Below are positions 37,902 to 46,613 of a stretch of DNA of 64,000 nucleotides, piece after piece. This DNA is from a virus (lineage: Duplodnaviria > Heunggongvirae > Uroviricota > Caudoviricetes), in IMG/VR virus record IMGVR_UViG_3300021387_000463, positions 348,754 to 412,753 of that record, one strand, 5' to 3'. The position numbers and the translations under genes were made by a program. Each line of letters begins with the position of its first letter. Position 1 is the first letter of the stretch. The notes beneath the pieces are model-generated. The model did no database searches. It saw nothing but the letters and a program-made list of their open reading frames with translations, and was not told the origin of the DNA.

Positions 37902-39116
37902 TTATTTCTTAGCTAATTGTTTATATAGTTCAACCCTTTGTTTGCAAATTGTATCAAGTGAATATCTATCCTTTACGAAGTTATACAAGTTGTCTTGAAG
38001 CTTCTTAAGCATATCTCTATCATTAGCAAGCTTGTTGATGTACTTAGCCCAATCCTTATGATTCTTTCTTGAATCAACTAGAAGTGCAGTACCTTCCTCA
38101 TTAATCTTACCACCCTTTTCAATCATTGGAATCAAGTTAATGGTATATGCACCAAAGTTCTGTGCGATAAACGCTGTATGCGTGAATCCACACTCGATTT
38201 CCTTCAACTCAGACTTAACACTATTGAATTCGTTTTCCTTCAATGGTGCTATAAGTACATCTACATTTTGATAGTGTGTAGCATAGTTATTTATGTCCCT
38301 AGTCCACATTCTACGATATGGCTCATTTGTAAATGGGTCATCTGTGTTTGCAATGTACTTCATAAGGAATTCTTTATGCTCAGGAGAAACATTTTTATAA
38401 TCATCAGTGAAAATCTTCTCATAATCACACCATACACTCTCATGTGGTAGAATTGGGCGAGTTGTCTTCTCACCAGTTTCTTGATTATAGATTGTTCTGT
38501 TTCCTCTTGTATCGAAACCACAAAGTACAAACTGCACCTTATCCTTATCAATCTGCTTTGCAATACCATCCAATAGTTGCAAATCCTTCAAGTGTGAAGA
38601 ACCACAGATGATGCCAACTCTAAGTCTTCCGTCACCTTCAATCTTTGGAACTGCATACTGTTTTTCCTCTGGATTGATTGCATTTGGGAACACAGCCACA
38701 TTCTTGTTATATTTCTTCAAAACATTTGCGAAGATAGGCGTGGTGGTTGTAACATAATCAGCTTTCTTAAGGTGATTGATGATTGGCTCATGCCACTTTT
38801 CCTTCTTTGCAGTCAATGACATTGGATGGTCATCACCAAGTTTAAAGTGGTCATCCACGTCAATGATTACTGGAATACCCAAGAACTTAATCATGTCGAT
38901 AATCTTGCATTGCTTATCAAGCTGCTTGTGTATATGAATCAAGTCATATTGTTTCAAAAAAGCCTCAAGGTCTCCGTTAGGCATGCTATAAACAATATCT
39001 ACATCAAATTCATCACCATAATGCTCTTGAATGTATAGATGTGGGTCTACTGAACGGAACTTACCGACACCAGTTCTATCACTAGGTATCACTAACATTT
39101 TAATTTTCTTATCCAT
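37902..39116 (-). CDS. Glycosyltransferase (GT-B, GT4-like)
   Basis: 'GVGKFRSVDP', 'IDVDD', 'VFPNAI', 'IAPLKENEFNSVKSELKEIE'. Confidence 0.85.
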   Translation of the reverse strand: MDKKIKMLVIPSDRTGVGKFRSVDPHLYIQEHYGDEFDVDIVYSMPNGDLEAFLKQYDLIHIHKQLDKQCKIIDMIKFLGIPVIIDVDDHFKLGDDHPMSLTAKKEKWHEPIINHLKKADYVTTTTPIFANVLKKYNKNVAVFPNAINPEEKQYAVPKIEGDGRLRVGIICGSSHLKDLQLLDGIAKQIDKDKVQFVLCGFDTRGNRTIYNQETGEKTTRPILPHESVWCDYEKIFTDDYKNVSPEHKEFLMKYIANTDDPFTNEPYRRMWTRDINNYATHYQNVDVLIAPLKENEFNSVKSELKEIECGFTHTAFIAQNFGAYTINLIPMIEKGGKINEEGTALLVDSRKNHKDWAKYINKLANDRDMLKKLQDNLYNFVKDRYSLDTICKQRVELYKQLAKK

Positions 39117-39140
39117 ATTTTAATATATTAAAACAATTTA

Positions 39141-39605
39141 TTATCTTGTAAGTACATAACCCATAGAAACCTTTCCATCCATATTTCTGAACAATGTTGC
39201 CAACATGAATGGGAATTCACCAGCTGAGAACCAACGTCTGATTTCTTGTGCTGATTTTGGCATCATTTCCTCTGGACCGTTATAATACTTCTTGAAATAT
39301 TCGAACACATAATTAGCAACATAATCACAATCACTTATCCTAACAACCTCTTGTTTAACCTCTTTTGTAATTGACATGAAAATGTCCTCATAATATCTTC
39401 TTTCGAAAATACCATACATAAACAAGGCATTTGGCATTGCATACATATGCTCATTGTGAATTGCCAACAACTTCCTTGAAAAGTCATTCAACATTATTGT
39501 CTTTACTTTCTCAAGGTCTGGGTTATCAAAGTCAATATCGACATTACAAGTTATTCCATAACCCTTTACACGCTTAACACGTCCATCATCAAAATATTCT
39601 ATCAT
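39141..39605 (-). CDS. Hypothetical protein
   Basis: ORF track 39141..39650; likely ATG at 39605, after a promoter-like TTTG...TATCTTTT. Confidence 0.65.
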   Translation of the reverse strand: MIEYFDDGRVKRVKGYGITCNVDIDFDNPDLEKVKTIMLNDFSRKLLAIHNEHMYAMPNALFMYGIFERRYYEDIFMSITKEVKQEVVRISDCDYVANYVFEYFKKYYNGPEEMMPKSAQEIRRWFSAGEFPFMLATLFRNMDGKVSMGYVLTR

Positions 39606-39665
39606 ATTTTTTTCTATAAAAGATAAGGAAAATTGAGGGAAAATAAACAAATAAAAACAAAAAAA

Positions 39666-39692
39666 AAAGAGTGTTATCCGTTAACACTCTTT
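39666..39692 (-). terminator. Terminator of the minus-strand late operon
   Basis: AAAGAGTGTTA/TAACACTCTTT with a long T run on the minus strand. Confidence 0.7.
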
Positions 39693-40378
39693 CTCTTATC
39701 GTTTACGTTACCAACTTTCTTCATAACGCATTCATATAAATCTCCGTTCTTTGCCAAGAATCTGAATGACTTACCAATTGATATTGTATTCACCTCATTG
39801 GTTTCTTGTCTTCCCTCAGATACAATCTTCTTATTTAGGGAAACAGCATACTTTCTTACGATTTCCTCAACAATTGTTCTAATCATTGGATAATCTACTT
39901 GAGGTGCTGCTGCATATTGCATCTGTGGTTGAGGCGCATACTGCTGTTGTACACCCTCATTAACAAGTTGTCTAACGTTCTGTGGAGGTGTATATGTTGG
40001 TTGCTGTGGTGCAGCATCCATTATTCCTTCGGTAAGGAATGAAAGGTCACGATTATCACCACCACCAAATGCAGCATATAGCTCTGACTCATCAATTGGG
40101 TTGGCCATAAATGCTTCTCTGATTGCGGCTGGTACGTTTGCAGCATTTTCTCCCATCTGTCCACCGAATGAAGGTGGTGCTTGGGTCTTTCTATTCCTAG
40201 CTGTTGTCATCAAGTCACTAGTTAGGGTTTCTCCATTAAGTGACTCATTAATACCGTCCTTATGTCCTGCTGCGATTTTATCAAGAGTGCCATTTGCTTC
40301 CAATTTCATGAGCTTTGCAGCCCTTGACATGGACTCATTTAACCTAGCCCTCTTTTGTTGTTCAGTCATATTTGCCAT
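39674..40378 (-). CDS. Hypothetical late protein with a Q/P-rich linker and multiple (L/I/V)xE sites
   Basis: LNES, INES, LTEG, VNEG and VSEG motifs. Confidence 0.7.
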   Translation of the reverse strand: MANMTEQQKRARLNESMSRAAKLMKLEANGTLDKIAAGHKDGINESLNGETLTSDLMTTARNRKTQAPPSFGGQMGENAANVPAAIREAFMANPIDESELYAAFGGGDNRDLSFLTEGIMDAAPQQPTYTPPQNVRQLVNEGVQQQYAPQPQMQYAAAPQVDYPMIRTIVEEIVRKYAVSLNKKIVSEGRQETNEVNTISIGKSFRFLAKNGDLYECVMKKVGNVNDKRKSVNG

Positions 40379-41097
40379 TATCTTCTGTTGTTATTTAAAT
40401 AATCATTTTCATCGAAATCTACTTCGTCAGAATCATAACCCTTATCTGTTACTGGTCCCTTCTGTGGCTCTGTCAAAGCCTTTTCAGCATCGTTAAGGTC
40501 GAATAGACGCCAGAAATCTTCACCCTTCTTTGGAGTATTCTCTATATTCTGCCTAATCATGTCGTACTTCCTACTATTAGGTTGAGAGGTATAGACATTT
40601 TTCTTCCATTGCTGTGTGATTCTTGGCTGTTGTACTGGGCCTTTTGTTGCATTTTTTTGTTGACCAACTTTTACGTCATTTTGGAATTGCAATAGCTGTC
40701 TTTCCGCTGGGCTGATAAAGTCATCGAATTTGGCATTATCATAGAATGTGCCCATTGTCTTATCTCCAGTGAGATTGTATTCACCAAATGAACTTGGTGG
40801 TGCTTCAAAGAATTTCTTATTTTTCATTGGTGTCCAAGATGTGATTCTATCAAGTCTGAAGAACTTCCACTTCGGAGCACCCCTACGAGTTCCACCACCT
40901 TCTTGAAACGCTCTAACAACAGGATAACCTTTCTTTGTTGTACCTATTGCAAAAGGTTTAATGACACGACTACCCTTTGGATTTCCAGCACCATCACCTT
41001 GTCCATCATCATATCTGATACGGACTTGGTATTTGTTTCGGATTGCATCAAGAACAGCATCAAACGCTACTTCTTCATTTAAAAGGCAGTTTGCCAT
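40378..41097 (-). CDS. WYL-domain protein
   Basis: 'AIRNKYQVRIRY...RVIKPFAIG...VVRAFQ...WKFFRLDRI'. Confidence 0.8.
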   Translation of the reverse strand: MANCLLNEEVAFDAVLDAIRNKYQVRIRYDDGQGDGAGNPKGSRVIKPFAIGTTKKGYPVVRAFQEGGGTRRGAPKWKFFRLDRITSWTPMKNKKFFEAPPSSFGEYNLTGDKTMGTFYDNAKFDDFISPAERQLLQFQNDVKVGQQKNATKGPVQQPRITQQWKKNVYTSQPNSRKYDMIRQNIENTPKKGEDFWRLFDLNDAEKALTEPQKGPVTDKGYDSDEVDFDENDYLNNNRR

Positions 41098-41106
41098 GTC
41101 TTAATA

Positions 41107-41448
41107 TTAATCTTTTTCGTTATATGGGTTATAAGTAACCTTCATATTCATTTCATCCAAACGACTCTGAGGTGTGACATCCATATTTTGCTTTGCATAT
41201 AGCTCATTGAGTTGGTTCTGATATGTATTATCGACAATCAATGATTTCAATGCTTCCAACTTTCTCTGCATCTTTCTGTCTGCGAAGAATGCGTTGGTCT
41301 CAGCAATTGCTTGTCTTGTCTCTTCCTCGTTTAGTTCCTTCTTTACATTAGCCTTTTTGATAGAATCTACCCTCTTGTCAACAAGTTCCATTCCGATTAG
41401 GATGTTCTTTGCTAGTTTATGTAGTCTATCGTTATCATAACTTCTCAT
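41107..41448 (-). CDS. Hypothetical helical protein
   Basis: 113-aa ORF within the operon. Confidence 0.7.
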   Translation of the reverse strand: MRSYDNDRLHKLAKNILIGMELVDKRVDSIKKANVKKELNEEETRQAIAETNAFFADRKMQRKLEALKSLIVDNTYQNQLNELYAKQNMDVTPQSRLDEMNMKVTYNPYNEKD

Positions 41449-41474
41449 AGATTAGTTTATTTAAATTGAATGTA

Positions 41475-41897
41475 TTAAGTGGTAGTTTTCTGTCCAATCT
41501 GCTGGCCGAAGAAATACTGACCGTCATTTACATTCTGAGTTGTGTCTACAAGATTTGCACCGTAAGGCACTTCCTTGTTATACATTGAGATAGCCAATGC
41601 TCTCTCACGTCCACTGATTCCATTTCTACCTTTTATATCGTAGTAACCACCACCATTTTCAGTATCGAAATTACTGTAGTTAATCTGGGTTGTTGGTTTT
41701 GTACAATCTGGTAAGAAGTGAGTGTGACCACCGTGTCCTGTACCCTTACCTTGAGCATCACCATCGCTCATTGCATCTGGGTGAGTTGGACCGTATTGAT
41801 TCTCGATGTTATAGTCACTACGAGTAATCTCTTGGTGTCTCTCTTCCATGCCTCTCTTTTCAAGACAAGTCTGTCCGTTCTGAACTGTATTTGCCAT
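41475..41897 (-). CDS. Hypothetical late protein (Gly/Asn-rich)
   Basis: 140 aa; TATTTATA at 41932-41939 upstream. Confidence 0.75.
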   Translation of the reverse strand: MANTVQNGQTCLEKRGMEERHQEITRSDYNIENQYGPTHPDAMSDGDAQGKGTGHGGHTHFLPDCTKPTTQINYSNFDTENGGGYYDIKGRNGISGRERALAISMYNKEVPYGANLVDTTQNVNDGQYFFGQQIGQKTTT

Positions 41898-41955
41898 ATT
41901 CTTTATAAAATTTAAGTAATTTATTTTCTATTATAAATAGTTATTCCTAATATTT

Positions 41956-42435
41956 TTAGCCCCATCTAGTTGCTTTTGGCATCATATCTGTCATTATGTC
42001 TGATACTGATTGCAATCGTTCTGTAATTTCCTTTGGGGCATTTCTTTCATTAATCACCTTTTGTTTCTCTACCTCTTTCTTGAATTTCTTTTCCTCTTTA
42101 GCCTTTCTCTTAGCCTCTGCCTTTGCTTCTTGTTTCTCTTGCTTTATCCTAGCAGTCTCGATTTGGTCTTGAACACTCTGGTCAGTGCTTCCAACTGGGA
42201 ATTCAGTCTGTACCATATACTCAGCATCTACCAATGCCTTTGTGTATTGCAAGTCAACCTTCCATTCATTTCTATATAGATGTTCTTTCCTTGCTTCAAT
42301 ACCAAATTTTTCAAGACAAGTCTGTTTTCCACTTGAGTTAACATTTGAAGATGGCTGCTGTGGCTTTGTACCACCCATTATATTCTCAATAGTGTTACCA
42401 ATCTTCTTTAAAGTATTATCTATAGTATTAGCCAT
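41956..42435 (-). CDS. Hypothetical protein sharing an N-terminal motif with 41475..41897
   Basis: MANT...QTCLEKxGxExR in both proteins. Confidence 0.7.
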   Translation of the reverse strand: MANTIDNTLKKIGNTIENIMGGTKPQQPSSNVNSSGKQTCLEKFGIEARKEHLYRNEWKVDLQYTKALVDAEYMVQTEFPVGSTDQSVQDQIETARIKQEKQEAKAEAKRKAKEEKKFKKEVEKQKVINERNAPKEITERLQSVSDIMTDMMPKATRWG

Positions 42436-43825
42436 TCTTCAATTTGATTAATTGCTTTTCAGTTATATACACCTTTTTGCCGTTTCTCTTAATTTCTTCA
42501 GCAATCTGATTTAATGCCTTACTTCCACCAACAACGAATATTGAAGCCATATCACCTCTCTGGTGGTAAACATCCAACGCTTTATTAACTATTACCAATA
42601 CTTTTTCAGGTGGTAAATCCTCGTCATATTCTGAAAGTATTCTCTCCAATGGTTCTATACCAAAATCAGAGAATGCATCACTACCGTCAGGCATCATCAT
42701 CCAATCATAAAATCCAATTAAGTCAAGGAAGTTCATAGAATCAACTACCCAATATAATTTATTAATGCTGTAATCTATTTCAATTTTTCCGTGTAATCTA
42801 GATTTTTTATTGAATTCTTCTATGTATCGCTCAACATCACCATATACTTGTTCGAACTTAGCTTTTTGTCTTGCAAGGTCTTGCTGTGCTACAGTCCTAT
42901 TAACATCATCTTGAGACATCCAAGGGAAATATGTTTGTCCATATTTGTCAACAGCTTCGTTTAATGCGTTAAACTCATCATTATATAGTTTCATTACGTC
43001 ATTTGGTGATAATTCTACCTTAATTTCATCACTGCTAACTGATTCTACCTCTCTAGAGTTATTGAAATATGACATTACAAAATCTTCAAATTCTTCCTCT
43101 GGAAACCATTGACTATGACCTGCAATACTAGTATTAGCCTTTAAAATTGCAGTATTTTTCATAATAATACCAATCCATTGATAAATGTATCTTGCTGGGA
43201 ATTTAACCAATTTTCCATATTTAGTGAACTCGCTTAACGCTTTTGCATACATATCTGGATTTATCAGTACCCCCCAATTTTGTTTTCCTTCTGGATTATC
43301 AAGGAAACTATTAAATACATAAATGGGACTATATTCTTCTAAATAATCCCAAAATGCACTAGATTCAACATCTTCTTTTATTATCCTATTCTCAGTCTTT
43401 ATTTTGGATGTAGGCACACTTTGCTTGGCTATATTGACGTTGCTAGGTTTAACACTTGCGGTAGGCTTTGGAGGCTCTATTGGAGATACCTCTGCTTGGC
43501 TTCTAGCCCTCTCTACAGTTTTCTTGTAGAAATTGTAAGCCTTTTGTCCACCTTGCGTTATGTCGTTAGGATTCATTCTCTGCATTCTCTTCTTTGCATC
43601 CTCAACGCTAACATAGCTTGTGTTCTGTTCCTTACCATTCACGCTGTCATCACCCTTCTTGTTGTAATTCTTGGTTGATGCAAGGCTCTTAAGGTTCTTG
43701 AGGCTATTCTTAGGCATAACCTTCTCTAGCGCATTGTACCATGCACTATAATACTGCCTATCCTTCAATGGAACAGGTGCTTTCCTTCTAGTTACCTTCT
43801 GTGAATCCTCTAAAAATAATGCCAT
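42428..43825 (-). CDS. Multi-domain late protein, possibly processed internal head protein
   Basis: 465 aa; FLED, IIKED and LNEA sites; C-terminal KKVYITEKQL motif. Confidence 0.7.
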   Translation of the reverse strand: MALFLEDSQKVTRRKAPVPLKDRQYYSAWYNALEKVMPKNSLKNLKSLASTKNYNKKGDDSVNGKEQNTSYVSVEDAKKRMQRMNPNDITQGGQKAYNFYKKTVERARSQAEVSPIEPPKPTASVKPSNVNIAKQSVPTSKIKTENRIIKEDVESSAFWDYLEEYSPIYVFNSFLDNPEGKQNWGVLINPDMYAKALSEFTKYGKLVKFPARYIYQWIGIIMKNTAILKANTSIAGHSQWFPEEEFEDFVMSYFNNSREVESVSSDEIKVELSPNDVMKLYNDEFNALNEAVDKYGQTYFPWMSQDDVNRTVAQQDLARQKAKFEQVYGDVERYIEEFNKKSRLHGKIEIDYSINKLYWVVDSMNFLDLIGFYDWMMMPDGSDAFSDFGIEPLERILSEYDEDLPPEKVLVIVNKALDVYHQRGDMASIFVVGGSKALNQIAEEIKRNGKKVYITEKQLIKLKNG

Positions 43826-43827
43826 TG

Positions 43828-44076
43828 TTAAATTGTATTTGATGATTTCCTACCGCCAACAGCACCCCATTGCTGTGGTGACTGTGCGTTTGCGAACTTT
43901 TCAGTATCCATTGGATTAGCCTTTTTAGGGCTTCTATCCTTATCAGTTATTGTTGGCTGAAGCTCTACCTTATCCAAACCATCATACTCTGGAATTGTAC
44001 TTGTTCCAAAATCTTGGTCTGTAACGCTCTCAAACAGCCTACTATACTGAGATTCATTCAAATTAATTATTTTCAT
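43828..44076 (-). CDS. Small protein with the shared leader (MKIINLNESQYSRLFE)
   Basis: 82 aa; first gene after the bidirectional late promoter. Confidence 0.75.
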   Translation of the reverse strand: MKIINLNESQYSRLFESVTDQDFGTSTIPEYDGLDKVELQPTITDKDRSPKKANPMDTEKFANAQSPQQWGAVGGRKSSNTI

Positions 44077-44096
44077 AATTCCATTCTTTTATTTGC

Positions 44097-44110
44097 TATA
44101 AATATTTATA
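44097..44110. promoter_or_regulatory. Palindromic bidirectional late promoter TATAAATATTTATA
   Basis: 14-bp perfect palindrome between divergent genes. Confidence 0.7.
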
Positions 44111-44134
44111 TAAGACAAATAATATAAAGGAATA

Positions 44135-46120
44135 ATGGCAAATTTAAAAGTAAATAACTATCATAATCTGAAATTAAGGATTAACGGAGACGAATATTGG
44201 GACTTCTTTGTTAATAAGGATTCTTATGGTTCATTTAAGATTAATGGACTATATGATAATTGCCTTATATCCTATATAGACCTTTGTGACAGTGAATGTA
44301 CTGATGGCTCAGAATGGGTTTACAGTAAAAGCGGTTACACATGGGACAAATCATTGGCACTTGGTTATACCTTATATAATATAACATATACTGGAGTTGA
44401 TAATGGTCTTTTCACATTCCGTAAGGATAGAATTACCAACAAGGACTTCCTAGAGATATTCCAAAAGAACAAGCTTAAGATTGAGGAAAACGACTATAGA
44501 TTAAAACTCCATGCAGTAAGTGGAAATACTTTACAATATGAGTATCCTCTACATATCGAAGAATGTTATACAAAGCTTAATGGTGGCTTCTTCCAAGGCT
44601 TCTTCAAAACAGAATGTGACAAGTACCAAATACTTCCTTCATCATTCGAGCATGGCGATACACTTAACTTCGAATTCACATTGAAAAAGTGTGACTTGGA
44701 GAAGGAATCTGATAAGACATTGAATGACAAGTATCCAGAGAATAAGGGTATATTCTTCTATATCGGTACAAGAGCAGAGAATAAGTGGATTTATATGTAC
44801 GATGAGAAGGATGAGGATGGCCTTGAGGAATGTTATGAATTGGGTGTTGATGATTTCGTTGAAGATGGTGAGATAGACAAGAAAGACCATATCATTGGAA
44901 ACTTCTATAATCCAAATCCTGATTTTGATGGATATGACCCATTTGAACTAGGTGATTACACCAATTACAATTACTATGATGAAGATTTGTATGCTGACGA
45001 TTATTGTGATTGGGATGATATGTATGACTATCTTGAGATAGAAACTGAGAAGAAGCCTAAGACTATAGATGAAAATGCAAGACATTCAACCCTTACATGG
45101 TGCTGTGGGGAGATACAAGAAAAGGATTACATATTGAAGCCTTGGTTTCATGGCTGTGGGTGTCCAATATCATACAAGAGAATGCCAAAAACAGATAAAG
45201 ACCCATTTGACCCAAATCCATTGAAAGGATGTACTGAATTTGGTGATGACTATATATTCGACAATGGAGAGGTAATCGGACTTGATGAAGCTATAGATTA
45301 TATTGAGGCTGAACTTGATATTTCAGACTTCGAATATGAAACAGATAACGGTTTTAGACTTTCTGAAGGAAATCAATATTACTTCTATACCGATAACAAG
45401 TTCTTGTTCTTTGACAGAACCAAGACTGGTTTCACTGTTTCAAATTGGGTTGAAGGAACACAAATCATGTTCTCTGGACGTAGAAGCAAGTTTAAGGGGA
45501 ATTTATTCATCCTAATGAATCGCACAAAGACTGGTTACACCGTTAATACTATTGATGAGCTTCGTGACCAATCAGCAAACGAATATAACCCTTATAATGA
45601 CATCTATAATAACGCTCTAGCTTTTAGAATTACAGATAAGGGAGAAATAGGTTATAGAATGCTAACAATTGACTGTGAGAAGGAAGGTAGGGATAAGACA
45701 AACATCATCGAGGGTTATTCATTTGAGAATGTAATACTAGATTGCGAATGGACAACTGTTAATGTTAGAATTACGTTCACATTCGGAAAAATGAAAATCA
45801 TGTTTTATGTTAATGGTAAGTTGGTTTACATAACAAAAGACCTTCCAATGCTTAACCTAAAGGCTCTTAATGAAATATATGACAAGCAAGAGGGTGTTCC
45901 TTATAATATTTCACTTGGTGGCGGTACACAAGGTCTTGCAGAGACAATACAACCAAACTATATGCTCAATCCAACAAGGGTTTATCCTCTTGAGAAGGCA
46001 TTTGCTGGTAGTTTCATCGGTTATATCTCTTCATTCAAAATTTATAACTGCTTCATGGAACAGATGATAATAGAACATAATTACAAATACGAAAATAACA
46101 AATTAAAAATAGACAACTAA
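44135..46120 (+). CDS. Probable structural protein with a LamG/ConA-like beta-sandwich and acidic Cys-rich insertion
   Basis: 'GIFFYIGTRAENK', 'IMFYVNGKLV', 'ISLGGG', 'FIGYISSFKIYN'. Confidence 0.6.
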   Translation: MANLKVNNYHNLKLRINGDEYWDFFVNKDSYGSFKINGLYDNCLISYIDLCDSECTDGSEWVYSKSGYTWDKSLALGYTLYNITYTGVDNGLFTFRKDRITNKDFLEIFQKNKLKIEENDYRLKLHAVSGNTLQYEYPLHIEECYTKLNGGFFQGFFKTECDKYQILPSSFEHGDTLNFEFTLKKCDLEKESDKTLNDKYPENKGIFFYIGTRAENKWIYMYDEKDEDGLEECYELGVDDFVEDGEIDKKDHIIGNFYNPNPDFDGYDPFELGDYTNYNYYDEDLYADDYCDWDDMYDYLEIETEKKPKTIDENARHSTLTWCCGEIQEKDYILKPWFHGCGCPISYKRMPKTDKDPFDPNPLKGCTEFGDDYIFDNGEVIGLDEAIDYIEAELDISDFEYETDNGFRLSEGNQYYFYTDNKFLFFDRTKTGFTVSNWVEGTQIMFSGRRSKFKGNLFILMNRTKTGYTVNTIDELRDQSANEYNPYNDIYNNALAFRITDKGEIGYRMLTIDCEKEGRDKTNIIEGYSFENVILDCEWTTVNVRITFTFGKMKIMFYVNGKLVYITKDLPMLNLKALNEIYDKQEGVPYNISLGGGTQGLAETIQPNYMLNPTRVYPLEKAFAGSFIGYISSFKIYNCFMEQMIIEHNYKYENNKLKIDN

Positions 46121-46121
46121 T

Positions 46122-46601
46122 ATGCCAAGCAAAAGTAAATCACAACAGAGATTCTTCGGTATGGTGGATGCGTACAAAAAAGGTGAACTGAAGAATCCAA
46201 GCAGCAAGATAAAGAAAGCTGCAAAGGGAATGTCAATGAGTGATGTCAAGGATTTTGCTGAAACAAAACATAAGGGACTTCCAGAGAAGGTTGAGGAAAA
46301 TATCATAAGATTGACTGAATCAGACCTTCACAATATTGTAAATGAAGCTGTATATAAGATATTAAAAGAGAATAACTTCATAAGCAACAAATCGTTAGGT
46401 GCTATGGAGGATGCATTTCTTCCAAAGAAAGGTATTGACATTTTAAGTAAAGGTGTTAAGGTTTTACGTGGCGATATTCGTCCAGACGCTTATTATACTG
46501 AAGGTCATTACACAAACAGAAATACAGATTTGTTAGCCGATGCAATAATAGAATATCCTGATGGAAAAAGACATATACTTATGAGAAAAAGGAGAGCTTG
46601 A
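46122..46601 (+). CDS. DUF3008-like domain followed by the shared IIRLTESDL motif
   Basis: 'MPSKSKSQQRFFG...DFAETKHKGLPEKV', then 'NIIRLTESDLHNIVNEAV'. Confidence 0.7.
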   Translation: MPSKSKSQQRFFGMVDAYKKGELKNPSSKIKKAAKGMSMSDVKDFAETKHKGLPEKVEENIIRLTESDLHNIVNEAVYKILKENNFISNKSLGAMEDAFLPKKGIDILSKGVKVLRGDIRPDAYYTEGHYTNRNTDLLADAIIEYPDGKRHILMRKRRA

Positions 46602-46613
46602 TACTCTCCTTTT
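46587..46613. terminator. Bidirectional terminator
   Basis: AAAAGGAGAG/CTCTCCTTTT at the convergent junction. Confidence 0.7.
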
